Both the position numbers and the translations under genes were made by a program. The notes under the pieces are model-generated. The model ran no database searches. It saw only the letters and a program-made list of their open reading frames with translations, and was not told where the DNA came from. Positions 1 to 9,060 of a stretch of DNA of 64,000 bases are shown piece by piece (the stretch's first letter is position 1; every line of letters begins with the position of its first letter). The DNA is from Bacteroidota bacterium (GTDB taxonomy: Bacteria; Bacteroidota; Bacteroidia; Cytophagales; Cyclobacteriaceae), in NCBI GenBank assembly GCA_042584165.1, contig JBHOSY010000002.1, forward strand, positions 180 through 64,179. The letters run 5' to 3'.

Positions 1-1513
1 TCACATACATGTTCCCTGAATTCTCATTCCTGACTTGAAATGTAAGATCTACTTCATTATTTGTTTCAGGCTTCAACTGCGGATTCCCCAGGTAATCGTA
101 TCTATCATACCCGACCGGCAAAAGTTTAATATAACGTTCTAGCATATTCGGACTTCGTGTACCCCTTCCCAAAGCAAGTGAAACATCCAACCACTGGTTG
201 ATTTTTTTTGTTATTCCTACACTTAAACTTAAATTATAGAATTGTGAATTAACATCATTAAAGTAATTTACTCCTCCATTTTCGATTTTTAATGTATCAC
301 CTGAGGTTGCCTTGTTTACATCGCCGCGAATACTGGCATTAAGCTCGAATGATGAAAAGTAAGTCCTGTATTCTCCAAATATGCCAACATTCCGGATCAG
401 GGCATCGTACCATAATTTCTTAATATTTGTGGAAATGGTTCCCATCATTTCCATGGTACCTGTCCTCTGTCCATCCTTTTCTATATGCTCATAATCTAAT
501 CCTGTAAAAATATGGTGCTTACCCATCTGCATGGTTATGCCGGCTCTTCCGCCTGTGTTAGTGGCATCCACATCAGCCACCATATGCATTAATGAATAAC
601 TTGGACGATTACTGTTATCCATTACATGATTTACATCAGTCCGGTATAATTTAGCTTCAAGTGATTGAATAACAGGGCTTAAATTTCTGGCGGTATAATC
701 GAGAGACATGATTTTTGTATCATCTTTCAACTCGTCCATCGGCAAGGCAGGAAACATTACATCCCGGCCCTGTGCAGAAGTATAAGACAGAACCAGGCGT
801 TGATCAGAATTTATGGCATAGCCAAGTTTCGCACTGTAATTGTATTTATTAAAAGCAGTCTTATACGATGTATTTTCACCTTTCCTGGTGCCACTTGTAT
901 AATTTCCATAGTTTCTGTAGCCTCCTGAAAGCAGAAAAAATACTTTGCTGTTGCCCCCATAAAGAGATCCATGGAATTTCTCACCCTTCCAATTGGATTC
1001 ATAGCCCATCAACGCATCTGCATGAACTTCAAATTTCTCATAGGATTTCAAATTTTCTGTAACCAGGTTGATTACACCACCAAATGACGGACCATATCTC
1101 AACAAATATGGCCCCTTGATAACCTCCATATTCTCAACGTCTTCCGTTTCAATATGCGAAGTCACAGGATCCATACGGTTAGGACATCCATTTTCTATTT
1201 TGATACCATTGTTCAATACAACATTCAGTTGGCTGTATTTATAACCACGAACTACCGGATCCAGTGAAGCCCCCCCCCTTCGTATCCCTGAAACATTGGG
1301 GATACTTCTTAAATATCCTCCGATATCATTTGAATAAGAGCTTCGAAGTTGCTGCATGTTGATATAAGTAGATGGGATATAAGTTACCTGATTGATGATT
1401 TTTCCTTCGATTACAATAGAATCGAGTGTAACTGTTTTGTCAACCTGTTGCGCATAACCAGATGGTAGCATAAAAATCGAAAGAATTACTACAGCTAATA
1501 CTGATTTTTTCAT
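1..1513 (-). CDS. TonB-dependent receptor, N-terminal ~504 aa (C-terminus lies left of the window)
   Basis: Own translation from ATG at complement(1511..1513): MKKSVLAVVILSIFMLPSGYAQQ (signal peptide), then plug-domain motifs SGIRRGGASLDPVVRGY and DVENMEVIKGPYLLRYGPSFGGVINLV. The frame appeared open in my translation down to position 2. It is absent from the ORF track because its stop is outside the window. There is no CarboxypepD_reg/SusC-type N-terminus. Confidence 0.85.
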   Translation of the reverse strand, partial: MKKSVLAVVILSIFMLPSGYAQQVDKTVTLDSIVIEGKIINQVTYIPSTYINMQQLRSSYSNDIGGYLRSIPNVSGIRRGGASLDPVVRGYKYSQLNVVLNNGIKIENGCPNRMDPVTSHIETEDVENMEVIKGPYLLRYGPSFGGVINLVTENLKSYEKFEVHADALMGYESNWKGEKFHGSLYGGNSKVFFLLSGGYRNYGNYTSGTRKGENTSYKTAFNKYNYSAKLGYAINSDQRLVLSYTSAQGRDVMFPALPMDELKDDTKIMSLDYTARNLSPVIQSLEAKLYRTDVNHVMDNSNRPSYSLMHMVADVDATNTGGRAGITMQMGKHHIFTGLDYEHIEKDGQRTGTMEMMGTISTNIKKLWYDALIRNVGIFGEYRTYFSSFELNASIRGDVNKATSGDTLKIENGGVNYFNDVNSQFYNLSLSVGITKKINQWLDVSLALGRGTRSPNMLERYIKLLPVGYDRYDYLGNPQLKPETNNEVDLTFQVRNENSGNMYV

Positions 1514-1634
1514 GTCTAGATTGAAAAGTAAAAATTAAATAAATATCCCAGCAGCTCACTACAAAATTAAATAAAGATCAGTAATTTATGATAATAATTA
1601 ATATTGAGTTTTCATCCTTTGTTGAATCCAGGTA

Positions 1635-1650
1635 TGTGATATTAATCACA
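1635..1650. promoter_or_regulatory. CRP/FNR-type operator candidate TGTGA-N6-TCACA
   Basis: TGTGATATTAATCACA has perfect half-sites with a 6-nt spacer. It lies in the divergent intergenic region, ~122 nt upstream of the TonB-receptor ATG and ~180 nt upstream of the 1830 ORF. Confidence 0.4.
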
Positions 1651-1829
1651 TTTCTGGGTAATTTTCTAATGAAATTCTTTATCATTTTTGGAGGGAACTC
1701 AAGTAGTTGATTGCCAGATCTGTAAAACATATATCTTAATGTTAATCAGGTTATCATAACAATCCTTGTAATCTATTCAGAAAGTGAATAACTTAATTAG
1801 GCTTACAAAATCAATGATTTACAAGGAAG

Positions 1830-2516
1830 ATGCTACCCGACATCCCAACCATCATCAAGTGCCCTCATTGCCAACAGAAGGCTCTAAAAGAGTCTCTTCT
1901 AAGCGGAAATACGTTTGGTGCTGTTAATTGGACGGATGGGAAGTGTGAAGCCCCTATGCTGCCTGATTTTCCACGAATAACGTTCTGTACCTGTTGCCAG
2001 CAACCCTATTGGGTGGAGGATGCTAAAGAGTTTGACCAAATTTCTGTCAGGGATCCAGCAGAAAATAACTCACCCACGAAGAAAAAGATCACATTCCCAT
2101 CTTTCCGGGAATACTCCTCATGCCTGGGAACTGAAATTGTAAGGAACGTAGATGATGAGATATATATCAGAAGGAGTATGTGGTGGTGCTACAATGACTT
2201 CTACCGGAATCAATATAAGGATGAGAAATTATTTGGATCTGCAACCAGATTTGATAGAAGTAACGCAGTTACGGAATTGACAGATGAAATAAATGAGTTA
2301 TATACTGATAATTGTAGATCTTTATTGAAGCTCTATGGTGGCCAGAAGGAGGAAGACTTTTTGACCAGCGCTGAATTATACAGGAATCTTGGGGAGTGGG
2401 GAGATAGTCTTATTCTACTGGAACTGGTGGTTAGCAAAGAGTTGGAGATGTATGTAGATAAGATAAGGAAGTATGTAGAACTGGGAAATAGAAATGTACA
2501 ACCGGTTTTAAGATAA
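1830..2516 (+). CDS. Hypothetical protein with N-terminal Cys-pair (zinc-ribbon-like) region and helical C-terminal half
   Basis: 228-aa ORF with CPHC...CTCC cysteine pairs. Its C-terminal half has a ~70% identical truncated paralog at 23010..23456. No family recognised. Confidence 0.6.
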   Translation: MLPDIPTIIKCPHCQQKALKESLLSGNTFGAVNWTDGKCEAPMLPDFPRITFCTCCQQPYWVEDAKEFDQISVRDPAENNSPTKKKITFPSFREYSSCLGTEIVRNVDDEIYIRRSMWWCYNDFYRNQYKDEKLFGSATRFDRSNAVTELTDEINELYTDNCRSLLKLYGGQKEEDFLTSAELYRNLGEWGDSLILLELVVSKELEMYVDKIRKYVELGNRNVQPVLR

Positions 2517-2542
2517 CCAGAATACCTTCAAACAGTATATCT

Positions 2543-4102
2543 ATGCAAATCGTAAAAAAACTCATCACACTCTTATTGCCATTTATTCTTCTGGCATGTG
2601 AATCATCGATGAACCTTCTCCCAAATATAATTTTCATTCTAACTGACGACCAACGTGATAACACCCTGGGTGCCATGGGCAATCCTTTTGTGAAAACACC
2701 CAATATGGATAAGCTTGTGCAAAATGGTATAAGGTTCTCCAACACCTACATCGCAGAACCGGTTTGTTCACCCAGCCGGATATCTCTGTTTATCGGAATG
2801 CATGAAAGGATTCATGGCATTGGATTTACCTCTTCCTACGATCTTACTGAAGAGCAATGGGAAACCAGTTATCCATCGTTGTTGCGGAAGAATGGTTATT
2901 TCACTGGTTTTATAGGGAAATTAGGGATTGAACATTACACGTTTCGAGGAGAAGCTGACAGTAAATTTGACTACTGGTGGGGACATGATGGCTGGACAAA
3001 ATTTCTTCCTAAAAATTATGATTATAATAGTACCCGTCCCTACCATAAAGCCAGGAATGATATTATTACACCGATCATGGGCGAAGCCATCGAGGATTTC
3101 CTGAACAACAAATCCACAGAAAAACCTTTCTGTCTATCAGTAAGCATCAATGTACCACATGGCAGCCAGACGACCAGCATGTATGAAGATTATGAAGGAT
3201 GGCATGATATGTCCAGACCCGCCAACGAGAACCCACAATTAAAAGGACATCCAATCTATGATGGATTATACCGCGATATAGATATCCGGATACCCTCCGA
3301 AACAACTACTGATCCTTATGAATGGATCCCCCGGGAGGTTCTGGATCAGGAAGGGCGGATGAAAACATATAGCTATGATTATAACATTGAAAGCTGCCAG
3401 GAGCACCACATACGATATTATCAAACTATCACAGGTTTGGATATAGTAATTGGTGAATTGATGAAAAATCTTGAAAATAGGGGTTTGGCTGACAATACGA
3501 TTATCATATTTGCCAGTGATCATGGTTTAATAATGGGCGAATATGGAATGGGGGGCAAATCACTCCTATATGACCTGGCATCGAAAATACCCTGTTTTAT
3601 TTACGATCCGCGATTACCTCAGAAAAAAAGAGGGAAAACCATTGAGAACCTTGTTTCCAGCCTGGATTTGACAACCACAATCCTTGATTATGCCGGGATC
3701 AAGCCATCTGACGAAATGACCGGTAACAGCCTGGTCCCGTTGGTGAAGGGTAAAAAAGTAAAATGGCGTGATGAGCTATTTCTTGAAAGCTTATATACCG
3801 GCAGAGACAATCCATTTAGCGAAGGAATAAGAAAAGGAGACTGGAAATATATCAGGATGTATGATGGTGTCGAGAACTATAAAGAAGATGACCTCGATTT
3901 CAAAAACAGGAATCCTGATTTTGAACAACTTTTTAACCTGAAGGATGATCCGATGGAGATGAATAATCTTATTAGCGAATACGAAGAAAATGAATTGCTC
4001 GAAGAGTTTCGCAAAAAAACTGCCAGCTATTCTCAAAACCTGAATTCAAAAAGGGCTGAATTTATGCAATTACATGAAGTTGCATTACGTAAGACAGAAT
4101 AG
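2543..4102 (+). CDS. Sulfatase (Cys-type, formylglycine-dependent), lipoprotein-like signal
   Basis: IIFILTDDQRDN metal-binding block, CSPSR (C-x-P-x-R) FGly motif, SDHGLIMGEYGMGGK block, and N-terminal LLAC lipobox-like signal. Confidence 0.9.
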   Translation: MQIVKKLITLLLPFILLACESSMNLLPNIIFILTDDQRDNTLGAMGNPFVKTPNMDKLVQNGIRFSNTYIAEPVCSPSRISLFIGMHERIHGIGFTSSYDLTEEQWETSYPSLLRKNGYFTGFIGKLGIEHYTFRGEADSKFDYWWGHDGWTKFLPKNYDYNSTRPYHKARNDIITPIMGEAIEDFLNNKSTEKPFCLSVSINVPHGSQTTSMYEDYEGWHDMSRPANENPQLKGHPIYDGLYRDIDIRIPSETTTDPYEWIPREVLDQEGRMKTYSYDYNIESCQEHHIRYYQTITGLDIVIGELMKNLENRGLADNTIIIFASDHGLIMGEYGMGGKSLLYDLASKIPCFIYDPRLPQKKRGKTIENLVSSLDLTTTILDYAGIKPSDEMTGNSLVPLVKGKKVKWRDELFLESLYTGRDNPFSEGIRKGDWKYIRMYDGVENYKEDDLDFKNRNPDFEQLFNLKDDPMEMNNLISEYEENELLEEFRKKTASYSQNLNSKRAEFMQLHEVALRKTE

Positions 4103-4645
4103 CTTTAACCCATAAGCATATCCTATTGTAAACCACCTGGTTAAGTTATTATACAATTTGATTTTATGAATCATTTATGAATAATACGGGTTAAAATTAC
4201 CGGCCACTTTAAAATTTCAGACAACTAATCTTGATCCTGACCTTATAATGGAGCGACTAATAATCGAATTATCGAATAATCACCCCTCTGGGTTTGCCTC
4301 TGACCAAGCTTAACCCTTAGAACGCCATCCTGTGCTATCGTTTTGTGTATTTCAATTGGCAACATTAATCCCCATCGTGCGAAATGGAGTGTAGGCCCGG
4401 TCAAACGGCGAGGTGTGGGTAAGCTATGAGGGAGGGAGCTTCGTTTGACCTTGATTCTTTTTTGTTTCGTTTTTTCTCATCTAAGGAGAAAAAATGAAAG
4501 AACAATTAATTATTACTAAAACAATAAATCAAACTTTAGAATTTATTAGACCAAGATTCAACCCACCCACAAAGATTGCATCTTATCACGTAAAACCCAT
4601 CGAACAGATGCCATCTTGACCAACTGCAGATTCTTGGATATTGAA

Positions 4646-6796
4646 TCATTGAATCACCACACTCTTACCTGCATACAAATCAACTGGAAGTTCAATTGCA
4701 ATCAATGTCTTATTCGCATTCTCATCCCGGTGTATAACTGCAATGTCTGTATCAAGGGTTATTTCCGTATTGATACCCAATTCCATGGTTTTCAATTTTC
4801 TTGTGGGATCTGATATGGTAATTTTTTCAATCTTATTATTTTGAAAATGAACCATCAATAGCCCGGCACTTTTCATCGTGAAGGTAAAACTATCTCCATA
4901 TGTGATTTCACCTGGCTCATAAAATACAACCTGTAACATTTCTAATCCAACATGCAAGACTGCCTGGATCATTGTGGAATTTACCAGGATCTCAATACTT
5001 GACTTATTAATATATTCTTCAATCTCACTAACATCAATTCCAGGTACTATTAAATATTCATACTCACTATCCTTTGGATTAATTCCATGATCTAACCACA
5101 ACTTGAAAACATCCTTTTGAATAATATCCCTGGATGTCCTTGATCCTTTATGAATGTCCCACCAACTTCCGGAAGCTACATCATTCATAATATGAATATC
5201 TGATTTATCAGGAAAAACATAGGCAATGTTTTCATGACTGATCCAACTGATATCTTTAAGGTCATGTATTCCCTTTTCAAGTGTTTTAACTTTTTTATCA
5301 CCCGATGTAGAAACATCACCTGTAAGATAGCATTGATTTAAAGTTGTATTAACTGGTAACTCCGCATCAGATGAAATTCCTGCTCCAAGACAGACAATTT
5401 CATCATCAAACATAAACCATGCTTTCCTGGCAGTTAAAGGATCTAGGGGGCTTATAAAATCAAATGCAACGGCTCCATATTTATCATCCGTAACACCACC
5501 TGCAAAGTCCATGGAGCCGGGTTGCTGGATCTTTTCAGGATCCGGAAGTTCTTTCTTCTGGACCACAGTTGACCCTGGAATCCTTTGCCAGTCATAAACC
5601 GGCCAGATATTGTTGTATTCCTTGCCGGTTACAGAAATAAAATTTGATCCATCCCCCAGATGGTGATTTTTCAATCCTTCGCTGTTGTACGGTTCTTCCA
5701 TACTTTTATTTCTGGTAGAAAACATCCGTACTGATGTAAAATAGCCCGGCCGTTGATGCGAATAATATTCCGAATGCCAGAAAAACCGATCCTTACTTAA
5801 TTCAGATCCAATATCATCATCTCTTATTTTAATGATATTCTCAAGTTCGGTACTTCTATAGGTTGTTGTTTTCAGTAAATTCTCAGGAGTTGTAGAAGAC
5901 CATGGACGCAGGGCTCCTAGTCTCGTTATACCCCTGTTTTTTGCTCCCGGATCAGAAAATTTTCCATGTACCATCATTTGACATATTCCATCCAGGTAAA
6001 AATCAATGAGCATTTCCAAAGCCGCATCCGGGAAAGTATATCTGGTATCGCCAACCAGGACTGCCCATTCTGCAAAAACATCTGCATACTGGGTGCCATA
6101 GGAAAGGGTGTTATTCACCCTGTCGCCTCGATGATGAAAGCTCATATCAGCCTGAAGGCCTCTCTTTTCAGAAATCTTGATTTCAGCTGCCATCACGTCG
6201 ATTACTTCACTGAATATATCTTCATCACGCTTCAGAAGAGCATACTTTCCATAGATTTCAGCTATTTTAATCCGATCACCTCCGGGACGAGCTCCCCAGG
6301 CATCCATAGTCGATCTGTCAAAAACAGGTTGTGCACCCTCATTCTGCATATCTGATATTTCCTCATCGAGAATCAGATATATATTGACCATCCGGTCCGG
6401 AGTGCCAATCTGGTTCCACCACCAGTTCTCGCAGATAAAATCGTTCTCCAGCCAGTAATCAAGCCCCGAATCAATGACTTTTTTCAGTTGTGGATTACCC
6501 CGAAATCCTGATCCTTCTTTCATGAATGCATGACTCAGCATCTGCAAATTCGACAGGTGCTGAGCATGTTGAAAACCCTCATTAGACACATCAACATAAT
6601 CTATCCCCGGCCATGTACCATCATCATGGATCGAATTCATAATGGATTCCACCCGATCTGTATTCACTTCACGTTGCATCAGGTCATCCATTACCTGCTT
6701 TCGGATTGTTTCTAAATCGGATTGGACAGGTACACAAGATGACCAGACTAACAAAAAGATGATACAGCCTGTGATTGAATATTTAAATGTTTTCAT
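4646..6796 (-). CDS. Polysaccharide lyase family 8-like protein (chondroitin AC/hyaluronate/xanthan lyase type)
   Basis: 716 aa with signal peptide. NWWWNQIGTP motif and DMSFHHRG...LSYGTQY block resemble the PL8 N-W-W and DGSFxxH...YxGxYG catalytic region. Size fits PL8. Confidence 0.7.
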   Translation of the reverse strand: MKTFKYSITGCIIFLLVWSSCVPVQSDLETIRKQVMDDLMQREVNTDRVESIMNSIHDDGTWPGIDYVDVSNEGFQHAQHLSNLQMLSHAFMKEGSGFRGNPQLKKVIDSGLDYWLENDFICENWWWNQIGTPDRMVNIYLILDEEISDMQNEGAQPVFDRSTMDAWGARPGGDRIKIAEIYGKYALLKRDEDIFSEVIDVMAAEIKISEKRGLQADMSFHHRGDRVNNTLSYGTQYADVFAEWAVLVGDTRYTFPDAALEMLIDFYLDGICQMMVHGKFSDPGAKNRGITRLGALRPWSSTTPENLLKTTTYRSTELENIIKIRDDDIGSELSKDRFFWHSEYYSHQRPGYFTSVRMFSTRNKSMEEPYNSEGLKNHHLGDGSNFISVTGKEYNNIWPVYDWQRIPGSTVVQKKELPDPEKIQQPGSMDFAGGVTDDKYGAVAFDFISPLDPLTARKAWFMFDDEIVCLGAGISSDAELPVNTTLNQCYLTGDVSTSGDKKVKTLEKGIHDLKDISWISHENIAYVFPDKSDIHIMNDVASGSWWDIHKGSRTSRDIIQKDVFKLWLDHGINPKDSEYEYLIVPGIDVSEIEEYINKSSIEILVNSTMIQAVLHVGLEMLQVVFYEPGEITYGDSFTFTMKSAGLLMVHFQNNKIEKITISDPTRKLKTMELGINTEITLDTDIAVIHRDENANKTLIAIELPVDLYAGKSVVIQ

Positions 6797-6808
6797 ATGA
6801 TTGTTGTT

Positions 6809-8701
6809 CTATTTCTCACCAGATAAACGGATTCTAATACTTGTCTTGCTATTCTCGAAAATATAAGTGGGATATCTAAATTCAATTCTTTTCAATCCTT
6901 CAATTTGTCGATCCAACTTCAAAGGTGCAGGATAAAGAGAGATAACAGATGCCATCAGTTCCGGATGACTCAGGTTTTCCAGCTTCAATGTTTTTCCATC
7001 CTGTTTTAGAATTGCTCCTCCGTCTATAATCTCAACATCAGCCTGGGTAATAAGCTGCCATGTTATCAGCCTGGAATCAGCATTTGTTTCTATCTCGTCT
7101 TCAATCAACAGGGACGTCGGGCTATCTTTCACAAACTTCCTCATAGCACTTTTTACCTGGTTCCCCAATGTTGGAGACATATCCAGGGTAGCCTCCGGTT
7201 TTTCTCCCACTTTATAATCAGTGATGGCCACAAAACCTTCAGATTTATGCAATTCATCATTTATGGTAACGGTACTATGTCCAAAGTTATTCTTTGTTAA
7301 CAAAGTCCATCTTTCACACTCCTGGCAGCGGCCCCATAGATCAAATCCAGTTTTTTCCAGGATATGGTAGGATTGATTTCCGGGATCCACAACCCACCGA
7401 ACACCATTTAACTCATAAATGAAGGATCCTCCATCCATGTTGCCATGGTTTACCCATCCCCGTCCACCTTTTCCACCAAAATAATAACCATTTGGATCCT
7501 CGGCGCCCCCTGTGAATATTACAATTGGATTTGCTCCACCTCCCGTCCATGCTTCCGGCATCTTTTGAACTCCCTTTTCTTCATATTGTGACAACCAGAC
7601 CAGCGCAGCTCCGGAAAGCCTCGATAATCTGCCCATTTCTTCAGGTGACCTCAGAAACCGTTCTTTCTCATAAAAAATCGAATTCCCAGTCTTTGCAGCG
7701 AACCAGGCCAGGGTTATATCTCCATTTTCACTTCGTCGATCCCCACAATCAGCAAAATTATAATACCATCCCGACGGGGCATTACATAACACCCTGAATG
7801 TAGCGCTTTCTTTTAATCCAGGATAATCTCCCAAACCGAAATCCGTGCCAAAGGCACTTTCGAACATAGCTGCGTTTACTACTGAAAAACTGGTACCATA
7901 GCTCCAGTATGTGGAACCTTCCGGATATACACCGTCAGGGCCATACTCCACAAGCGCATAAGGCATCCCATCCAATGCACGGCTTATGGTTAAAGCAGCC
8001 AGTTCATAATCTTTTTCAGCGATTACGATTGATGCTGCTATCATTCCGCTATGACAAACCTGGTTCCAGTTGTTTGTGCCATTTACCCAACCTGTATTCC
8101 CTTCTCTATTATAGCTTGGTTTAATTCCTTTGTCAATCAAGGCGTTTTTCGCCAGCTCAACAGTTACTCCAGGTAAGGCTCCTGCTGTCCAATCAAGGGC
8201 AAATGCTATTGCCATTGCCATTTCTGCAACGTCAAGAAAGTGGGAAGGATTCCAGTCAGAAAAGTTGCACACTGCAATCACTTCATCATTTATTCTGTTC
8301 AATACTTTCGGGTCTTTTTCTATTACATAGACCATTCCCAGCATATTCATTCGATACAACATTTCCCTGGATATCCCGAGTAATCTTCGTCCAGTCATTT
8401 GTCTTTCAAGCAATGGTTTTTGAATGATCTCTTCTGAATTCAACTTGATCGCTTCATACATATTTTTTACGACCGGATCGGTTTGTAGCTTTTTCTTCAA
8501 ATCTTTTTCGATTTTTGAGTTCAGCACTAATCTTGGACCGGATTTACGAAGGGTTTTTTTCAGGAATTGAACTGTTACCGGATTTTCCAGCCTTGGTATG
8601 TTTTTATCATCGTCTTCATAAACAAATGCAAATACCCGAAAAGAGTAAATGAAAAGAAGCAGCATGAATACCAGGAATAAAAATTGTTTTAGAATTTTCA
8701 T
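6809..8701 (-). CDS. Heparinase II/III-like family protein
   Basis: 630 aa with signal peptide. NHGNMDGGSFIYELNGVRWVVDPG and GHSTVTIND blocks are typical of the heparinase II/III C-terminal domain. Only a 12-nt gap separates it from the PL8 gene. Confidence 0.8.
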   Translation of the reverse strand: MKILKQFLFLVFMLLLFIYSFRVFAFVYEDDDKNIPRLENPVTVQFLKKTLRKSGPRLVLNSKIEKDLKKKLQTDPVVKNMYEAIKLNSEEIIQKPLLERQMTGRRLLGISREMLYRMNMLGMVYVIEKDPKVLNRINDEVIAVCNFSDWNPSHFLDVAEMAMAIAFALDWTAGALPGVTVELAKNALIDKGIKPSYNREGNTGWVNGTNNWNQVCHSGMIAASIVIAEKDYELAALTISRALDGMPYALVEYGPDGVYPEGSTYWSYGTSFSVVNAAMFESAFGTDFGLGDYPGLKESATFRVLCNAPSGWYYNFADCGDRRSENGDITLAWFAAKTGNSIFYEKERFLRSPEEMGRLSRLSGAALVWLSQYEEKGVQKMPEAWTGGGANPIVIFTGGAEDPNGYYFGGKGGRGWVNHGNMDGGSFIYELNGVRWVVDPGNQSYHILEKTGFDLWGRCQECERWTLLTKNNFGHSTVTINDELHKSEGFVAITDYKVGEKPEATLDMSPTLGNQVKSAMRKFVKDSPTSLLIEDEIETNADSRLITWQLITQADVEIIDGGAILKQDGKTLKLENLSHPELMASVISLYPAPLKLDRQIEGLKRIEFRYPTYIFENSKTSIRIRLSGEK

Positions 8702-9060
8702 AAGCGGAAGATTAATAAAGATTTATTAAAAAATAGCTATATGCATTACCGATAATAAATATAGGAATTTCTTACAGCTTTTAGTTTCTCTAACTAGTCT
8801 GAATCCAGATCCATATTAATTGATGGAAAGTCGAATAATCGAATAATCAAAAATCAACTTATCATTGCATAACGTACTCACGGACCTGCCTGCAGGGGTG
8901 CAAAGAGATTTTTGATATCCTCCGTTGATGAACCTCCCGCGGATAAATGTGAAGGGCGAAATGGGACATGCAATTTAATTGGATACTAAATAAGCTATTA
9001 AACAGATAAACTTATAAATTACCAATTCTATAGGCCTTTGAAAATTTAAAAACATCCATC

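Noticed and set aside
1514-1829. Riboswitch (cobalamin, TPP and similar) in the leader of the TonB-dependent receptor.
   Set aside because: The leader is AT-rich and lacks conserved riboswitch core sequences. Only the CRP-like palindrome stands out.
5966-6355. Antisense ORFs inside long genes (for example 5966..6355, 7525..7797, 12005..12280, 21107..21535, 25730..26098, 44219..44536, 50162..50518).
   Set aside because: Each lies fully within a longer ORF on the opposite strand that has clear family motifs. Their translations are low-complexity with no recognisable motifs, so they are typical shadow ORFs.
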